A DNA stretch of 64,000 bases from a virus. This document shows, piece after piece, positions 18,182-27,048 of this stretch (positions are counted from its first letter, which is position 1; the number at the start of each line of letters is the position of its first letter). Under the pieces are notes generated by a model. That model made no database searches. It saw nothing but the letters and a program-made list of their open reading frames with translations, and was not told the origin of the DNA. Made by a program: the position numbers and the translations under genes. The stretch is taken from IMG/VR virus record IMGVR_UViG_3300027754_003462. One strand, given 5' to 3'.

Positions 18182-19397
18182 ATGGTATTACTGTTAAGCC
18201 TTCGATTGCAGGTAGTTTGCGCCACGGATCAACAATGATACTGTTTCGTGGAATTGCGCAGTATGGTAATGTATCCGTTTGACCTTCGATATAGTTATAA
18301 GTTATCTTACGATTGTGTGCCCATAATATAACCGCGGGTCCTGCCAGTTCTGAAATAACTTCAGCGGGATCGTCTGCCAATGGGTCTAGATATCTCACAT
18401 CATGTCCTGCTTGTTTAACATAGTGTCCTACCAATGTAGAATACGATCCAATACAATACGGTACATCTGGTTTGTATGCTTTGCCATGAATCACAATACT
18501 CATGCCGTGTGGTTTGGCCTGCTCAATCAGGAACATGGCCAAGTTTTTGGCTTGAATTTCTCTAGCATGCATCACAGTGTCAAACAAGTCGTAACCAAGG
18601 TCATATTCTTTGGCCAACCAACGCAGGGCAATGTTGTCACGTGGATGACATGCGCCTGCATCACCCATGCCCGCGGTCATGTACTTAGGACCCATGATAC
18701 GCATAGTGCTACGTGACAGCGCATCAGTGACCATATCAACATTGATATGGCCAATGCGCATGGCAAAATCTTGAATCATGTTGACCAAGCCAACCTTGGC
18801 TGAAATAAATGTATTATAGAAAATCTTGATTGCTTCGCACTCGTCCCAGGTGCCAATTTCGTAGCGTGGATCGTTTTGCATCACAGTATCGTACAGTGCT
18901 CGAAGTTCGCCGGCTAGTGCATTGGGATTACCATCTTCGGTGCCAATCATGATCATTTCTGGATTGACCATGTCCCATTTGACCGAGCCCATGGCAATCA
19001 GGTAAGGGTTATATAAAAACTGGTGTTTGCGAGCCAATCTAGGAACAAACTCCCTGCGAGTGGTTCCTGGTAACACTGTAGAGATCAGTACAACTTTTTT
19101 GGATTCTCGAGCATGGTTATTGATTTTGTTGATGGCATCAATCACAGCATCATATCCAAAGTCACGGGGTTCCAAGTGAGAACTTGGTACTGCACCGTCG
19201 TAGCCTTCAGCATGTGGAGTAGGTACAGCAATAAAGATCCACTCACTTTCATTCACAAGTTCATCAATATCACAAACTTTTACTGAGTCGCTTGCACGTG
19301 GGTAAATATCGTAGCCTCTGACTTCATGCTTCTCTGCCATGACTTCAGCACAATCAAGACCCAGTTTACCGATCCCAATAAATCCAATTTTTTCCAT
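18159..19397 (-). CDS. ugd: UDP-glucose/GDP-mannose dehydrogenase family
   Basis: GIGKLG, AVPTP, STVLPGT, IKIFYNTF, GACHPRD, AYKP. Confidence 0.88.
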   Translation of the reverse strand: MEKIGFIGIGKLGLDCAEVMAEKHEVRGYDIYPRASDSVKVCDIDELVNESEWIFIAVPTPHAEGYDGAVPSSHLEPRDFGYDAVIDAINKINNHARESKKVVLISTVLPGTTRREFVPRLARKHQFLYNPYLIAMGSVKWDMVNPEMIMIGTEDGNPNALAGELRALYDTVMQNDPRYEIGTWDECEAIKIFYNTFISAKVGLVNMIQDFAMRIGHINVDMVTDALSRSTMRIMGPKYMTAGMGDAGACHPRDNIALRWLAKEYDLGYDLFDTVMHAREIQAKNLAMFLIEQAKPHGMSIVIHGKAYKPDVPYCIGSYSTLVGHYVKQAGHDVRYLDPLADDPAEVISELAGPAVILWAHNRKITYNYIEGQTDTLPYCAIPRNSIIVDPWRKLPAIEGLTVIPYGNTRNS

Positions 19398-20711
19398 ATG
19401 AGCGTACCTTTAGATAGATTATACAACTTTTTACATGATATTGCAAATCGTGATGACTTAATAATTTATGGCTTTTACCCGCATGGCTCAAGAAAACTTG
19501 ATGATCTAAAGAGCATCTATCAGACATCGTCAATTTCTTGGATCAAAGGGATGACTACTCCATCTCTGATATTTCATGACCAAGAACCGTTAAATTATAA
19601 CTTGTATACTGAAAAAGATTTCCAAGATTATTTGGACACCTACGGAGATTATTATCCATCAGACAATCCAAAAAATCTTGTGGCCAGTTTACATTTGCGA
19701 GCATGTATTAAATTACCGTTGATGGCGTATGACCAAGTATTATTATGCCATTCTGAGAAAAATAGTTCGGAACTTGAACTCTACAAGCAAAATGGATTCA
19801 TTGGTGTGTACTACTGGAGTCATGCCCTTATCTCCCGAGACTGGTATAGATTTGCCAATATAGATCCTATGTTAATGCCAAATTTTGACAACATCACTCA
19901 TGATTTTTTGATTTATAATCGTGCATGGTCGGGCACACGCGAGTATCGATTGACCCTGGCAGAGATTGTGGTCAATCACAATTTATTATTGTTTTGTAAA
20001 ACAAAATTTTCTGAGTTTGATAATCACGTTCAATACACTCAACACAAATTCAACAACTCAACTCTTGCCATTTGTCGTGATGATCTGCATGAATTGTATC
20101 CAACCAATTCTCACGATGCTTTTGCTAGTGCAGATTACAATGCAAACGATTATGCATGTACAGCAATAGAAGTTGTACTAGAAACCCTGTTTGACGACTC
20201 CCGGCATCATCTGACAGAAAAGTCGTTGCGACCGATTGCATGCGGTCGTCCATTTATCCTGGCCGCCACTGCTGGTAGTTTACAATATTTAAAGCAGTAT
20301 GGTTTCAAAACATTTGACGGCTTAATAGACGAAACGTACGATACCATTGCAGATCCGCGAAAGCGATTGGAGGCAATTGCACAAGAAATGAAAAGAATCA
20401 GTTGTCTAGATTATCGTACAAAAAAACTGTTGTGGACTAGATTGTATGCAATTGCCAAACAAAATAAAGAATTATTTTTTTCAAATGAGTGGCAAAATAG
20501 TATCATAAAGGAGTTTCATGATAATTTTATATCAGGTGTTACTCAATTGACCGCCACAGGAAAATATCAACAAGAACTAGAGCGCATAGCATTAAATGAT
20601 CCAGCACTAGCGGCTTGCAGATCACGTGACAGTCACTTGGGGTTTGGGCCAACTTTAGAATGCCGGAAAAAACTTAAAAATTGGATAGAAGAAAAAAATT
20701 CTCTCACTTGA
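19398..20711 (+). CDS. putative glycosyltransferase-like protein
   Basis: VLETLF..HLTEKSLRPIACGRPF...LKQYGFKTF..IDETYD (GT10-like TEK motif); AT-rich; start taken at MSVPLD. Confidence 0.55.
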   Translation: MSVPLDRLYNFLHDIANRDDLIIYGFYPHGSRKLDDLKSIYQTSSISWIKGMTTPSLIFHDQEPLNYNLYTEKDFQDYLDTYGDYYPSDNPKNLVASLHLRACIKLPLMAYDQVLLCHSEKNSSELELYKQNGFIGVYYWSHALISRDWYRFANIDPMLMPNFDNITHDFLIYNRAWSGTREYRLTLAEIVVNHNLLLFCKTKFSEFDNHVQYTQHKFNNSTLAICRDDLHELYPTNSHDAFASADYNANDYACTAIEVVLETLFDDSRHHLTEKSLRPIACGRPFILAATAGSLQYLKQYGFKTFDGLIDETYDTIADPRKRLEAIAQEMKRISCLDYRTKKLLWTRLYAIAKQNKELFFSNEWQNSIIKEFHDNFISGVTQLTATGKYQQELERIALNDPALAACRSRDSHLGFGPTLECRKKLKNWIEEKNSLT

Positions 20712-21054
20712 TTAATGTTGCGTCCCAGTTGTCGGGCACACCGTTTTGTTTGTGTTGCTCGATTCGAGTCAATAAATCTGTGTAAAATGTGTCAAGTTCG
20801 CCTCCCCATCGTCCCATCAATCCTTGGATAGCCGGTTTGCAATAATCCCAGTGTTTTTGTTTGTAATAGTTCATCGCATCAGCATGGATTTGTTTATCAT
20901 GCTCTAGTGTAACAAATTCATCTAGTGCTAATTTTTCGACCAAACAGTATGCAGTCATTGTTTCATCACTATCTGCGGGTCGAAAAGTATCAAGTTCTAG
21001 TATAATATAATGATTGGGTATAGAATCAACCAAGTCGCCAAATATAATGTTCAT
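20704..21054 (-). CDS. hypothetical protein (116 aa)
   Basis: AAGGA RBS; helical C-terminus ending PDNWD. Confidence 0.75.
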   Translation of the reverse strand: MNIIFGDLVDSIPNHYIILELDTFRPADSDETMTAYCLVEKLALDEFVTLEHDKQIHADAMNYYKQKHWDYCKPAIQGLMGRWGGELDTFYTDLLTRIEQHKQNGVPDNWDATLIK

Positions 21055-21078
21055 TGCATTTCCTTTTAAATATGTATC

Positions 21079-21870
21079 ATGAGTTTAGCATTTGATTTAA
21101 TTTCTGATTTACATATAGAAACCTGGCCCGGCGAGTTTGATTGGACGTACCAGGCCACGAGTCCTGTGTGCATTGTAGCCGGTGACGTTACCCGAGATCC
21201 GGACATTCTGGTGCGCATCCTTAAACACCTGGGCAAGTGTTATCAGGCTGTATTTTACGTTGATGGCAACGATGAACATTATACACAACTGGAGGATTTG
21301 GGGCATAGTTACAGTGATCTCACTCGACGCTTGCGACGTATTCCCAATGTGGTTTACCTCCAGGATAATGTGGTCATAGTAGACGGCGTGGCCATTTTGG
21401 GCACCAACGGTTGGTGGGGGTTTGACTTTGATCTTGGTATCGACCCTGAACAGGCTGCACAATGGACTCAAGAAAGATATCACATAACTGAAAATGCTAC
21501 CAAAGGCATAGCCAGAATGAGCAATACTGATGCCACATACATGATATCTAGTGTGGCTAAATTACAAAATCATAAAGATGTTCGAAAGATTGTGATGGTT
21601 ACTCATACTGTACCTGATCCTGCACTGATAGCCCATGACATAGATCTAGACGGTACCATGAGATTCAACACCATGGGCAACAGACTCATGATGCAGGCCA
21701 TGGCAGCCGATACTGAAAACAAACTGCATACCTGGTGCTTTGGCCACTATCACGGTAGTGTGGATCAGGTCCGATCAGGTATACGTTTTGTAAACAACTG
21801 TCGCGGTAGAGGCAATACAACTTACGCCAAGCCAGTGTATTACCCTCAACGTATTGTGGTAGAGTTTTAA
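21079..21870 (+). CDS. calcineurin-like metallophosphoesterase
   Basis: SDLH, AGD, GNDE, THT, FGHYH. Confidence 0.88.
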   Translation: MSLAFDLISDLHIETWPGEFDWTYQATSPVCIVAGDVTRDPDILVRILKHLGKCYQAVFYVDGNDEHYTQLEDLGHSYSDLTRRLRRIPNVVYLQDNVVIVDGVAILGTNGWWGFDFDLGIDPEQAAQWTQERYHITENATKGIARMSNTDATYMISSVAKLQNHKDVRKIVMVTHTVPDPALIAHDIDLDGTMRFNTMGNRLMMQAMAADTENKLHTWCFGHYHGSVDQVRSGIRFVNNCRGRGNTTYAKPVYYPQRIVVEF

Positions 21871-22178
21871 ACTACGCCTTCGGGCTCGACTCTGATCTGC
21901 AACGGATAACTCTGAGCGCGAGCCAACATGGTAACTTCAATACCTTTTTGTTCGGCAATTTCATAAGGTAACACTGCCACACAAGCCGATCCGGCTTCGT
22001 GAATATCAGCAGTGATAGTTTGAGCAGTTTCCACAGTATGATCAAAATACTGCATCAACGATTCAACCACAAATTCGTATGTGGTTTGATTGTCATTGAG
22101 ATATACAACACGGTACATTGGTGGTTCTTTTAAGTCTTCAGCAGGTTTAATTCGTGTTCTTGTATCGCTTTGTGCCAT
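21867..22178 (-). CDS. clpS: ATP-dependent Clp protease adaptor ClpS
   Basis: PPMYRVVYLNDNQTTYEFVV...IHEAG...YEIAEQK...YPL. Confidence 0.93.
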   Translation of the reverse strand: MAQSDTRTRIKPAEDLKEPPMYRVVYLNDNQTTYEFVVESLMQYFDHTVETAQTITADIHEAGSACVAVLPYEIAEQKGIEVTMLARAQSYPLQIRVEPEGVV

Positions 22179-22195
22179 TTCAGTTCCTTGTTGTT

Positions 22196-22220
22196 CAGTA
22201 GCGGGACCGTCCCGCTACTG
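22196..22220. other. perfect 11-bp stem hairpin between hsp20 and clpS
   Basis: CAGTAGCGGGA-ccg-TCCCGCTACTG immediately downstream of TAAATA on - strand. Confidence 0.7.
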
Positions 22221-22236
22221 TATTTACACTATTATA

Positions 22237-22689
22237 TTACACTGTGTAGGTGATAGCAATAGTCTTTGGCTTGGCGTCTTCTGGCACTTCACGTCGCAGG
22301 TGAACACTTAGAATACCAAGTTCAAGGTGAGCATTGCTGATTTCCACATGATCCGCAAGTTGGAATTCTCTACGGAAATCTCTATTGCTAATTCCTTTGT
22401 GCAAATAGTTTGGCACGATGTTTTCGCTTTCAGGGTGATACTCTTTGCCTTCAATAATCAAGAACTTTTTGTCCTTGGTGACTGAAAGATTATCAAGCCC
22501 AAATCCAGCCACAGCAAGACTGATCATGTACTCATCTTCATTGATTTGTACAATGTTGTAGGGTGGATAGTTTGAAGTGGATTGTTGAGTACTCACACGC
22601 ATGAGATCATCAAACATGTTATCGAAACCGATACCAAATTTGTGAAGTGCGGGAATATCGAAACTACGAAGGGTGAGAGTTTTTGTCAT
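22237..22689 (-). CDS. small heat shock protein Hsp20 (IbpA-like)
   Basis: IGFD, YPPYNI, LAVAGF, YLHKGIS.R.F.R.F.LA. Confidence 0.95.
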   Translation of the reverse strand: MTKTLTLRSFDIPALHKFGIGFDNMFDDLMRVSTQQSTSNYPPYNIVQINEDEYMISLAVAGFGLDNLSVTKDKKFLIIEGKEYHPESENIVPNYLHKGISNRDFRREFQLADHVEISNAHLELGILSVHLRREVPEDAKPKTIAITYTV

Positions 22690-22696
22690 TTGTTTT

Positions 22697-22760
22697 CTCC
22701 TTTATATAAGCAAGATGACTTGTAATGTAGCCCCACTATGGGCACTACATTGTTATTTAT
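22697..22760 (-). promoter_or_regulatory. hsp20 leader: TAAATA, 5' hairpin, ROSE-like RNA thermometer
   Basis: AAUGUAG..CUACAUU stem (22724-22751); CUUGCUU-auaua-AAGGAG pairing over the SD. Confidence 0.6.
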
Positions 22761-22779
22761 TATACAGAAGAAAATTGGC

Positions 22780-23004
22780 TTAGTAAAGTTTCTTTGGCAA
22801 TTCTTGGCTGGCCAGTTTCTTCTTCCAACGATTCTTTGCGGCACTGGCCTTGAGTTTGCGAGCAGTAGTAGGTTTGGTATAAAATTCACGGTCGCGAAGT
22901 TCATTCAGCAATCCTGTTTCCATGATCTTCTTTTTGAACTTGCGTAGAGCCTTGTCTACATTACCGTCTTGTACCAGTACCGATCTACCTCTGAGCTTTT
23001 GCAT
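22780..23004 (-). CDS. rpsU: ribosomal protein bS21
   Basis: [11 protein letters not shown]...[14 protein letters not shown]. Confidence 0.9.
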   Translation of the reverse strand: MQKLRGRSVLVQDGNVDKALRKFKKKIMETGLLNELRDREFYTKPTTARKLKASAAKNRWKKKLASQELPKKLY

Positions 23005-24199
23005 TCACTTCCTTTAATTCTGTAGGGGTATTTACCTGATCTGCGTCAATAAACACATGGTCGATACCCTCCCTACGATAACGGGCCAAATAGAACATAT
23101 GGGGCAATAGCACACGCTCCAGTTCACTGTGCAATCCCCTGGCACCAGTTTTGTTTAGAATAGTGCGATCTGCAATCATTTCCAAGGCATCGGGTGAAAA
23201 TTCTAGTTCTACTTTGTCCTGCCCAAACAACCAGGAATACTGTTCTATGTAACTGTGTTTGACATCTAGCAAGATACGGATCAAATCTTCTTTGCTGAGT
23301 TCATTGAGCGCAACCCAACTTGGAAAACGTCCCACAAACTCTGGAATCATACCAAACTTGATCAAGTCTTCTGGATTGGTTTGGTCCAAGTGTGTTATTG
23401 TATCGTTTTTAATTTTAGCACCAAATCCAATGCTGGTTCCTTGCACCCGGTTCTTGACCACATTATCAAGTCCCACAAATGCACCACCAGCAATAAACAA
23501 GATGTTGGTGGTGTCAATTTCAATCATGTCACCTGAAGGATGCTTGCGATTGCCTGTGGGAGTGACTCTACACTTGGTGCCTTCTACCAATTTAAGCAAG
23601 GCTTGTTGTACACCTTCTCCCGACACATCTCGGGTGATACTGGCACTCTCTGAACGGCGACTGATCTTGTCAATTTCGTCAATAAACACAATACCACGTT
23701 GAGTTTTTCCTACATCGCCGCCAGCCGCCGCAAACAGTCTGCTAATCAAACTTTCCACATCGTCGCCTACATAACCTGCTTCGGTCAAACTCGTGGCATC
23801 TGCAATCACAAATGGCACATCCAAATAACGTGCCACAGTTCGAGCCAGCAATGTTTTGCCCGAACCTGTAGGGCCAAGCATGAGTATGTTACACTTTTCA
23901 ACTTCTATATCAGGATTGGGATTGGTAATACGTTTGTAATGATTAACAACTGCTACACTTAGTACTTGCTTGGCACGATCTTGGCCGATCACATACTGGT
24001 CCAGATGCTGTTTGATCAGTACAGGATCAAGTTCAATTGTCTCACTTGGTTTGATAATGTTTTCATCGTGAAGCAAAGTTTCACAAAGTTCCACACATTC
24101 GTTGCAGATTGCAACTTGTTCACCCACTATGAGTTTGGCCACTACATCTTTGTGTTTGCCGCAAAAACTACAGGTGTCGATTGTATCGTTAGGTTTCAT
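22985..24199 (-). CDS. clpX: ATP-dependent Clp protease ATP-binding subunit ClpX
   Basis: Zn finger [34 protein letters not shown] loop, GARGL. Confidence 0.97.
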   Translation of the reverse strand: MKPNDTIDTCSFCGKHKDVVAKLIVGEQVAICNECVELCETLLHDENIIKPSETIELDPVLIKQHLDQYVIGQDRAKQVLSVAVVNHYKRITNPNPDIEVEKCNILMLGPTGSGKTLLARTVARYLDVPFVIADATSLTEAGYVGDDVESLISRLFAAAGGDVGKTQRGIVFIDEIDKISRRSESASITRDVSGEGVQQALLKLVEGTKCRVTPTGNRKHPSGDMIEIDTTNILFIAGGAFVGLDNVVKNRVQGTSIGFGAKIKNDTITHLDQTNPEDLIKFGMIPEFVGRFPSWVALNELSKEDLIRILLDVKHSYIEQYSWLFGQDKVELEFSPDALEMIADRTILNKTGARGLHSELERVLLPHMFYLARYRREGIDHVFIDADQVNTPTELKEVNAKAQR

Positions 24200-25767
24200 T
24201 AGGATTGTTTTGTTTGTAAGTAGTCTGCCACTTGTTCACGTTCGCTGTCACTCAACAAGTCTGGGTCGTATTCGCCAGTACTTATTTTGTTTATTAGATG
24301 CTCAATATAAGCCGAGTCGTAGGTATAACTATCGCTGAGATTTTTGTCGACAGCAATCCAGTTAACGCCGTTGTATTTGTACAGCACACTGGGTATGATA
24401 TCTACCCGTACAAAAGTATCACCTTTGTTGGGGATTTCTGGAAAACCAATACCAAAGCCACTACGACTTTCTCTGCCACCGGCATTGTCGGCTATCAAAC
24501 CCATCCAAGGCAATTCAGCAATCTCGCCACGCATGTACTTGTAACGTTGATTTTTTATGGTGTCGTCAGGATGGTCGGACTTCCACTTTTTAATGGCAGT
24601 TTTGATTTCATCATCCTCATCGTCGTCAATCTCTTCATCTGGAGGTTCAACTGCCTGTATTTTATCAAAACGTGATACCAATCTCTCATTGTCATAGACA
24701 TGCAAGTCAGGATCATGATCGGGTTCGTGGTGTTCGTCTATAAACTTGTATTCGATTTCAATCGGTGCAAATTTGACAGGTTCCTCACCGTTGACATTGT
24801 CTATTACATCACATTCTTTGTTGGGACAGAACAAGCCAATACCCGGAGCGTCTACTAAAGGTGTGCTACACTTGTAGCAAGGTATAGGATCGTCGGGCGG
24901 CTCTGTTTTGAACACTTCCACAGATTTTTTAAGTTGATCAACCTGAGACTCTGATAACGGACCATCATCGGGCTCGTACCGGGGCTCGTCATGTATGAAG
25001 CCGCCTGTGCCTTCTCTAGCCCATTGGAATTGTTTGTTGGCGGCCAGAATCAATGTAAGTGCCAGTGGGTCAAACACCAACACAATCATGATGATCACAA
25101 GACGTACAGCACGTTCTAGTACATTGGCATCAGGGTTATCTCCATAGATCAAGGCCGCAATGTATTTGATTGGACCTACCTCTGACTCGACCTTACGGAA
25201 CTCGGCCGCTAGTGGTGCCCGCTCTTCATTAAGGCTAGTAATTTTTTTCTGTTCGGTTTCAATGTCAACAAGTATCCTAGCCCGTTCTTTTTGCTGGCCT
25301 CTTCGTATTGCAACTGCTTTGTCGGCACCTTTTTCATCTTGGCTTCGGCCCATAACTTGGTCCACTGCCTCATCCATCTGTTTAAGTGCTCGGCGGTTGG
25401 CATCAATATTGTCACGAGATATTTTGATCTTTTCATCATAGATTGCCACCTTTGCAATTGAGTCGCCTGACACTAGGCTTTGATCTGAGTGTGCCTTGGA
25501 GAGGTATCCAAAGATACCCATTGATGTTAGTAACATCAAGAACATCACTGCTGGTACTAGATATGCCTTGAACAAAAATCCAGCACGTTTCCAATTATTA
25601 TGTAACCAAACGGTGGCCACAATCTTGCCCAGTTCCAATGAACCGCCCATGATGATCACAGGAATAGTTGCCGCGGAGAAGATGGCAGTAAGACCTGCTA
25701 CTGAGTAATATGCGGCCACACAACTGAGTAAAATTGCTGTGGCCAGGATGCTGAAACCAAATATCAT
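24199..25767 (-). CDS. hypothetical membrane/coiled-coil protein (522 aa)
   Basis: N-terminal TMs, coiled coil, VGPIKY, FDPLA, CxxC..CPxxxC, acidic C-terminus. Confidence 0.8.
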   Translation of the reverse strand: MIFGFSILATAILLSCVAAYYSVAGLTAIFSAATIPVIIMGGSLELGKIVATVWLHNNWKRAGFLFKAYLVPAVMFLMLLTSMGIFGYLSKAHSDQSLVSGDSIAKVAIYDEKIKISRDNIDANRRALKQMDEAVDQVMGRSQDEKGADKAVAIRRGQQKERARILVDIETEQKKITSLNEERAPLAAEFRKVESEVGPIKYIAALIYGDNPDANVLERAVRLVIIMIVLVFDPLALTLILAANKQFQWAREGTGGFIHDEPRYEPDDGPLSESQVDQLKKSVEVFKTEPPDDPIPCYKCSTPLVDAPGIGLFCPNKECDVIDNVNGEEPVKFAPIEIEYKFIDEHHEPDHDPDLHVYDNERLVSRFDKIQAVEPPDEEIDDDEDDEIKTAIKKWKSDHPDDTIKNQRYKYMRGEIAELPWMGLIADNAGGRESRSGFGIGFPEIPNKGDTFVRVDIIPSVLYKYNGVNWIAVDKNLSDSYTYDSAYIEHLINKISTGEYDPDLLSDSEREQVADYLQTKQS

Positions 25768-25773
25768 AGAGTA

Positions 25774-26091
25774 TTATTTACCGGTGGGTTCGACTTGTCT
25801 AACAGCATGTTTAATTGCTATCCAGGTGCCAAACTTAGGATCTGGCACTTCAAACCAAACACGTTCTGTGGAGCCACCTATTCGCCAGAGGCCGGCATGT
25901 TCTAGTCTACGTTTGACGTGTGCTTGACTACGCCAATTCTTACCGAACTGTGCTCGTGCTTCTCGCATGATAGTGTACCATGTGTCCACACTTGACAATT
26001 CGAAATATAATTTGTGCATGGGCAAAGCCGTTGTTCTAAGAGAGTCAAGGGACGGAAGCATAGGATCAGAGGCTTCTATTTTAACAGACAT
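25774..26091 (-). CDS. hypothetical protein (105 aa)
   Basis: AAGGA RBS at the end of a long structured leader. Confidence 0.75.
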   Translation of the reverse strand: MSVKIEASDPMLPSLDSLRTTALPMHKLYFELSSVDTWYTIMREARAQFGKNWRSQAHVKRRLEHAGLWRIGGSTERVWFEVPDPKFGTWIAIKHAVRQVEPTGK

Positions 26092-26094
26092 TTA

Positions 26095-26285
26095 AACTTC
26101 CTTTCACTGATAATCCAACTGGGCATACACCGGGTATCAGCCGGTTTTAATCTATTGCTAGATCTTGGTCAGTGTCTCAACCTTGTGGGCATTATATCTA
26201 CCTGCCACGGTTATGTCGGGCCCGGGCGAATCGATCACCCCGCTCATACCATTAGATCGCCACCAATCTCCTTGCTCATGCACAC
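26095..26285 (-). ncRNA. candidate structured RNA / long 5' leader
   Basis: About 190 nt with no credible ORF, with multiple stems including GAUCUA-GCAA-UAGAUU, downstream of TTGACA-N18-TATAAT. Confidence 0.5.
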
Positions 26286-26289
26286 GTAC

Positions 26290-26319
26290 ATTATACAAGA
26301 AAAGTGGTGGCGGTGTCAA
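26290..26319 (-). promoter_or_regulatory. consensus sigma70 promoter TTGACA-N18-TATAAT
   Basis: -35 at 26314-26319, -10 at 26290-26295. Confidence 0.8.
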
Positions 26320-26347
26320 CTTATTGTTGTTCTAAAATCAGTAATGT

Positions 26348-27037
26348 TTATTTTCTATCGCCAAACAATTGCAACAAATTCAAGAACAAGTTGATAAAGT
26401 CCATGTACAAGGTCAACGCACCACGCACTTCTGCGGCATCAGTAGTTTCTACACTGAGTTCTTCACGGATCTGTTGTGTGTCATAGGCAGTAAGTCCCAA
26501 GAAGATAATGATAGCCAGTGCAGAGATCACCATCTGCATCACGGTGCTGCCAATAAAGATGTTCACAATACTGGCAATACAGATGGCGATCAAACCTACA
26601 ATCATAAACTTGCCCATGCTGTCAAGACTGCGTTTGGTAAAGTAGCCATATCCACTCATTACACCAAACAAGATGGCCGCACCCATAAAGGCACTCACAA
26701 TTGACCCCATGGCAAACACAGCAAAGATCATTGAAAAACTCAGACCCATTAGAGCGGCAAAGCCATGTAGGCATAACTGTGCTACTGGTTTGCTTGGGTT
26801 ATTACCCAGCACCATGCTCACACCAAATATGGCCGCTAGCGGTGCAAAAATCACAATCCACTTCATCACGCCAGTGAAAAAGAACTGTAGCAACTCTGGT
26901 GTGGTGCCTACCCAGTAACTGATCAGCATACTCACAATCACTGCCAGACTCATGTGTCCGTAAACACGGCCCATGGCTGAGTTGATTTGTTCGGCTGAAC
27001 GGTATTGTTCATCATTAAATACAAGTGTATCATTCAT
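26348..27037 (-). CDS. Bax inhibitor-1 / YccA family membrane protein
   Basis: 7 TM; GLTAYDTQ, ALTLYMDFINLF; start at MNDTL after AAGGAG. Confidence 0.92.
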   Translation of the reverse strand: MNDTLVFNDEQYRSAEQINSAMGRVYGHMSLAVIVSMLISYWVGTTPELLQFFFTGVMKWIVIFAPLAAIFGVSMVLGNNPSKPVAQLCLHGFAALMGLSFSMIFAVFAMGSIVSAFMGAAILFGVMSGYGYFTKRSLDSMGKFMIVGLIAICIASIVNIFIGSTVMQMVISALAIIIFLGLTAYDTQQIREELSVETTDAAEVRGALTLYMDFINLFLNLLQLFGDRK

Positions 27038-27048
27038 AGTTTTCTCCT

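Noticed and set aside
26014-26394. 126-aa + strand ORF across the structured leader
   Set aside because: It overlaps two - strand genes, has no RBS and has atypical composition; the promoter points the other way.
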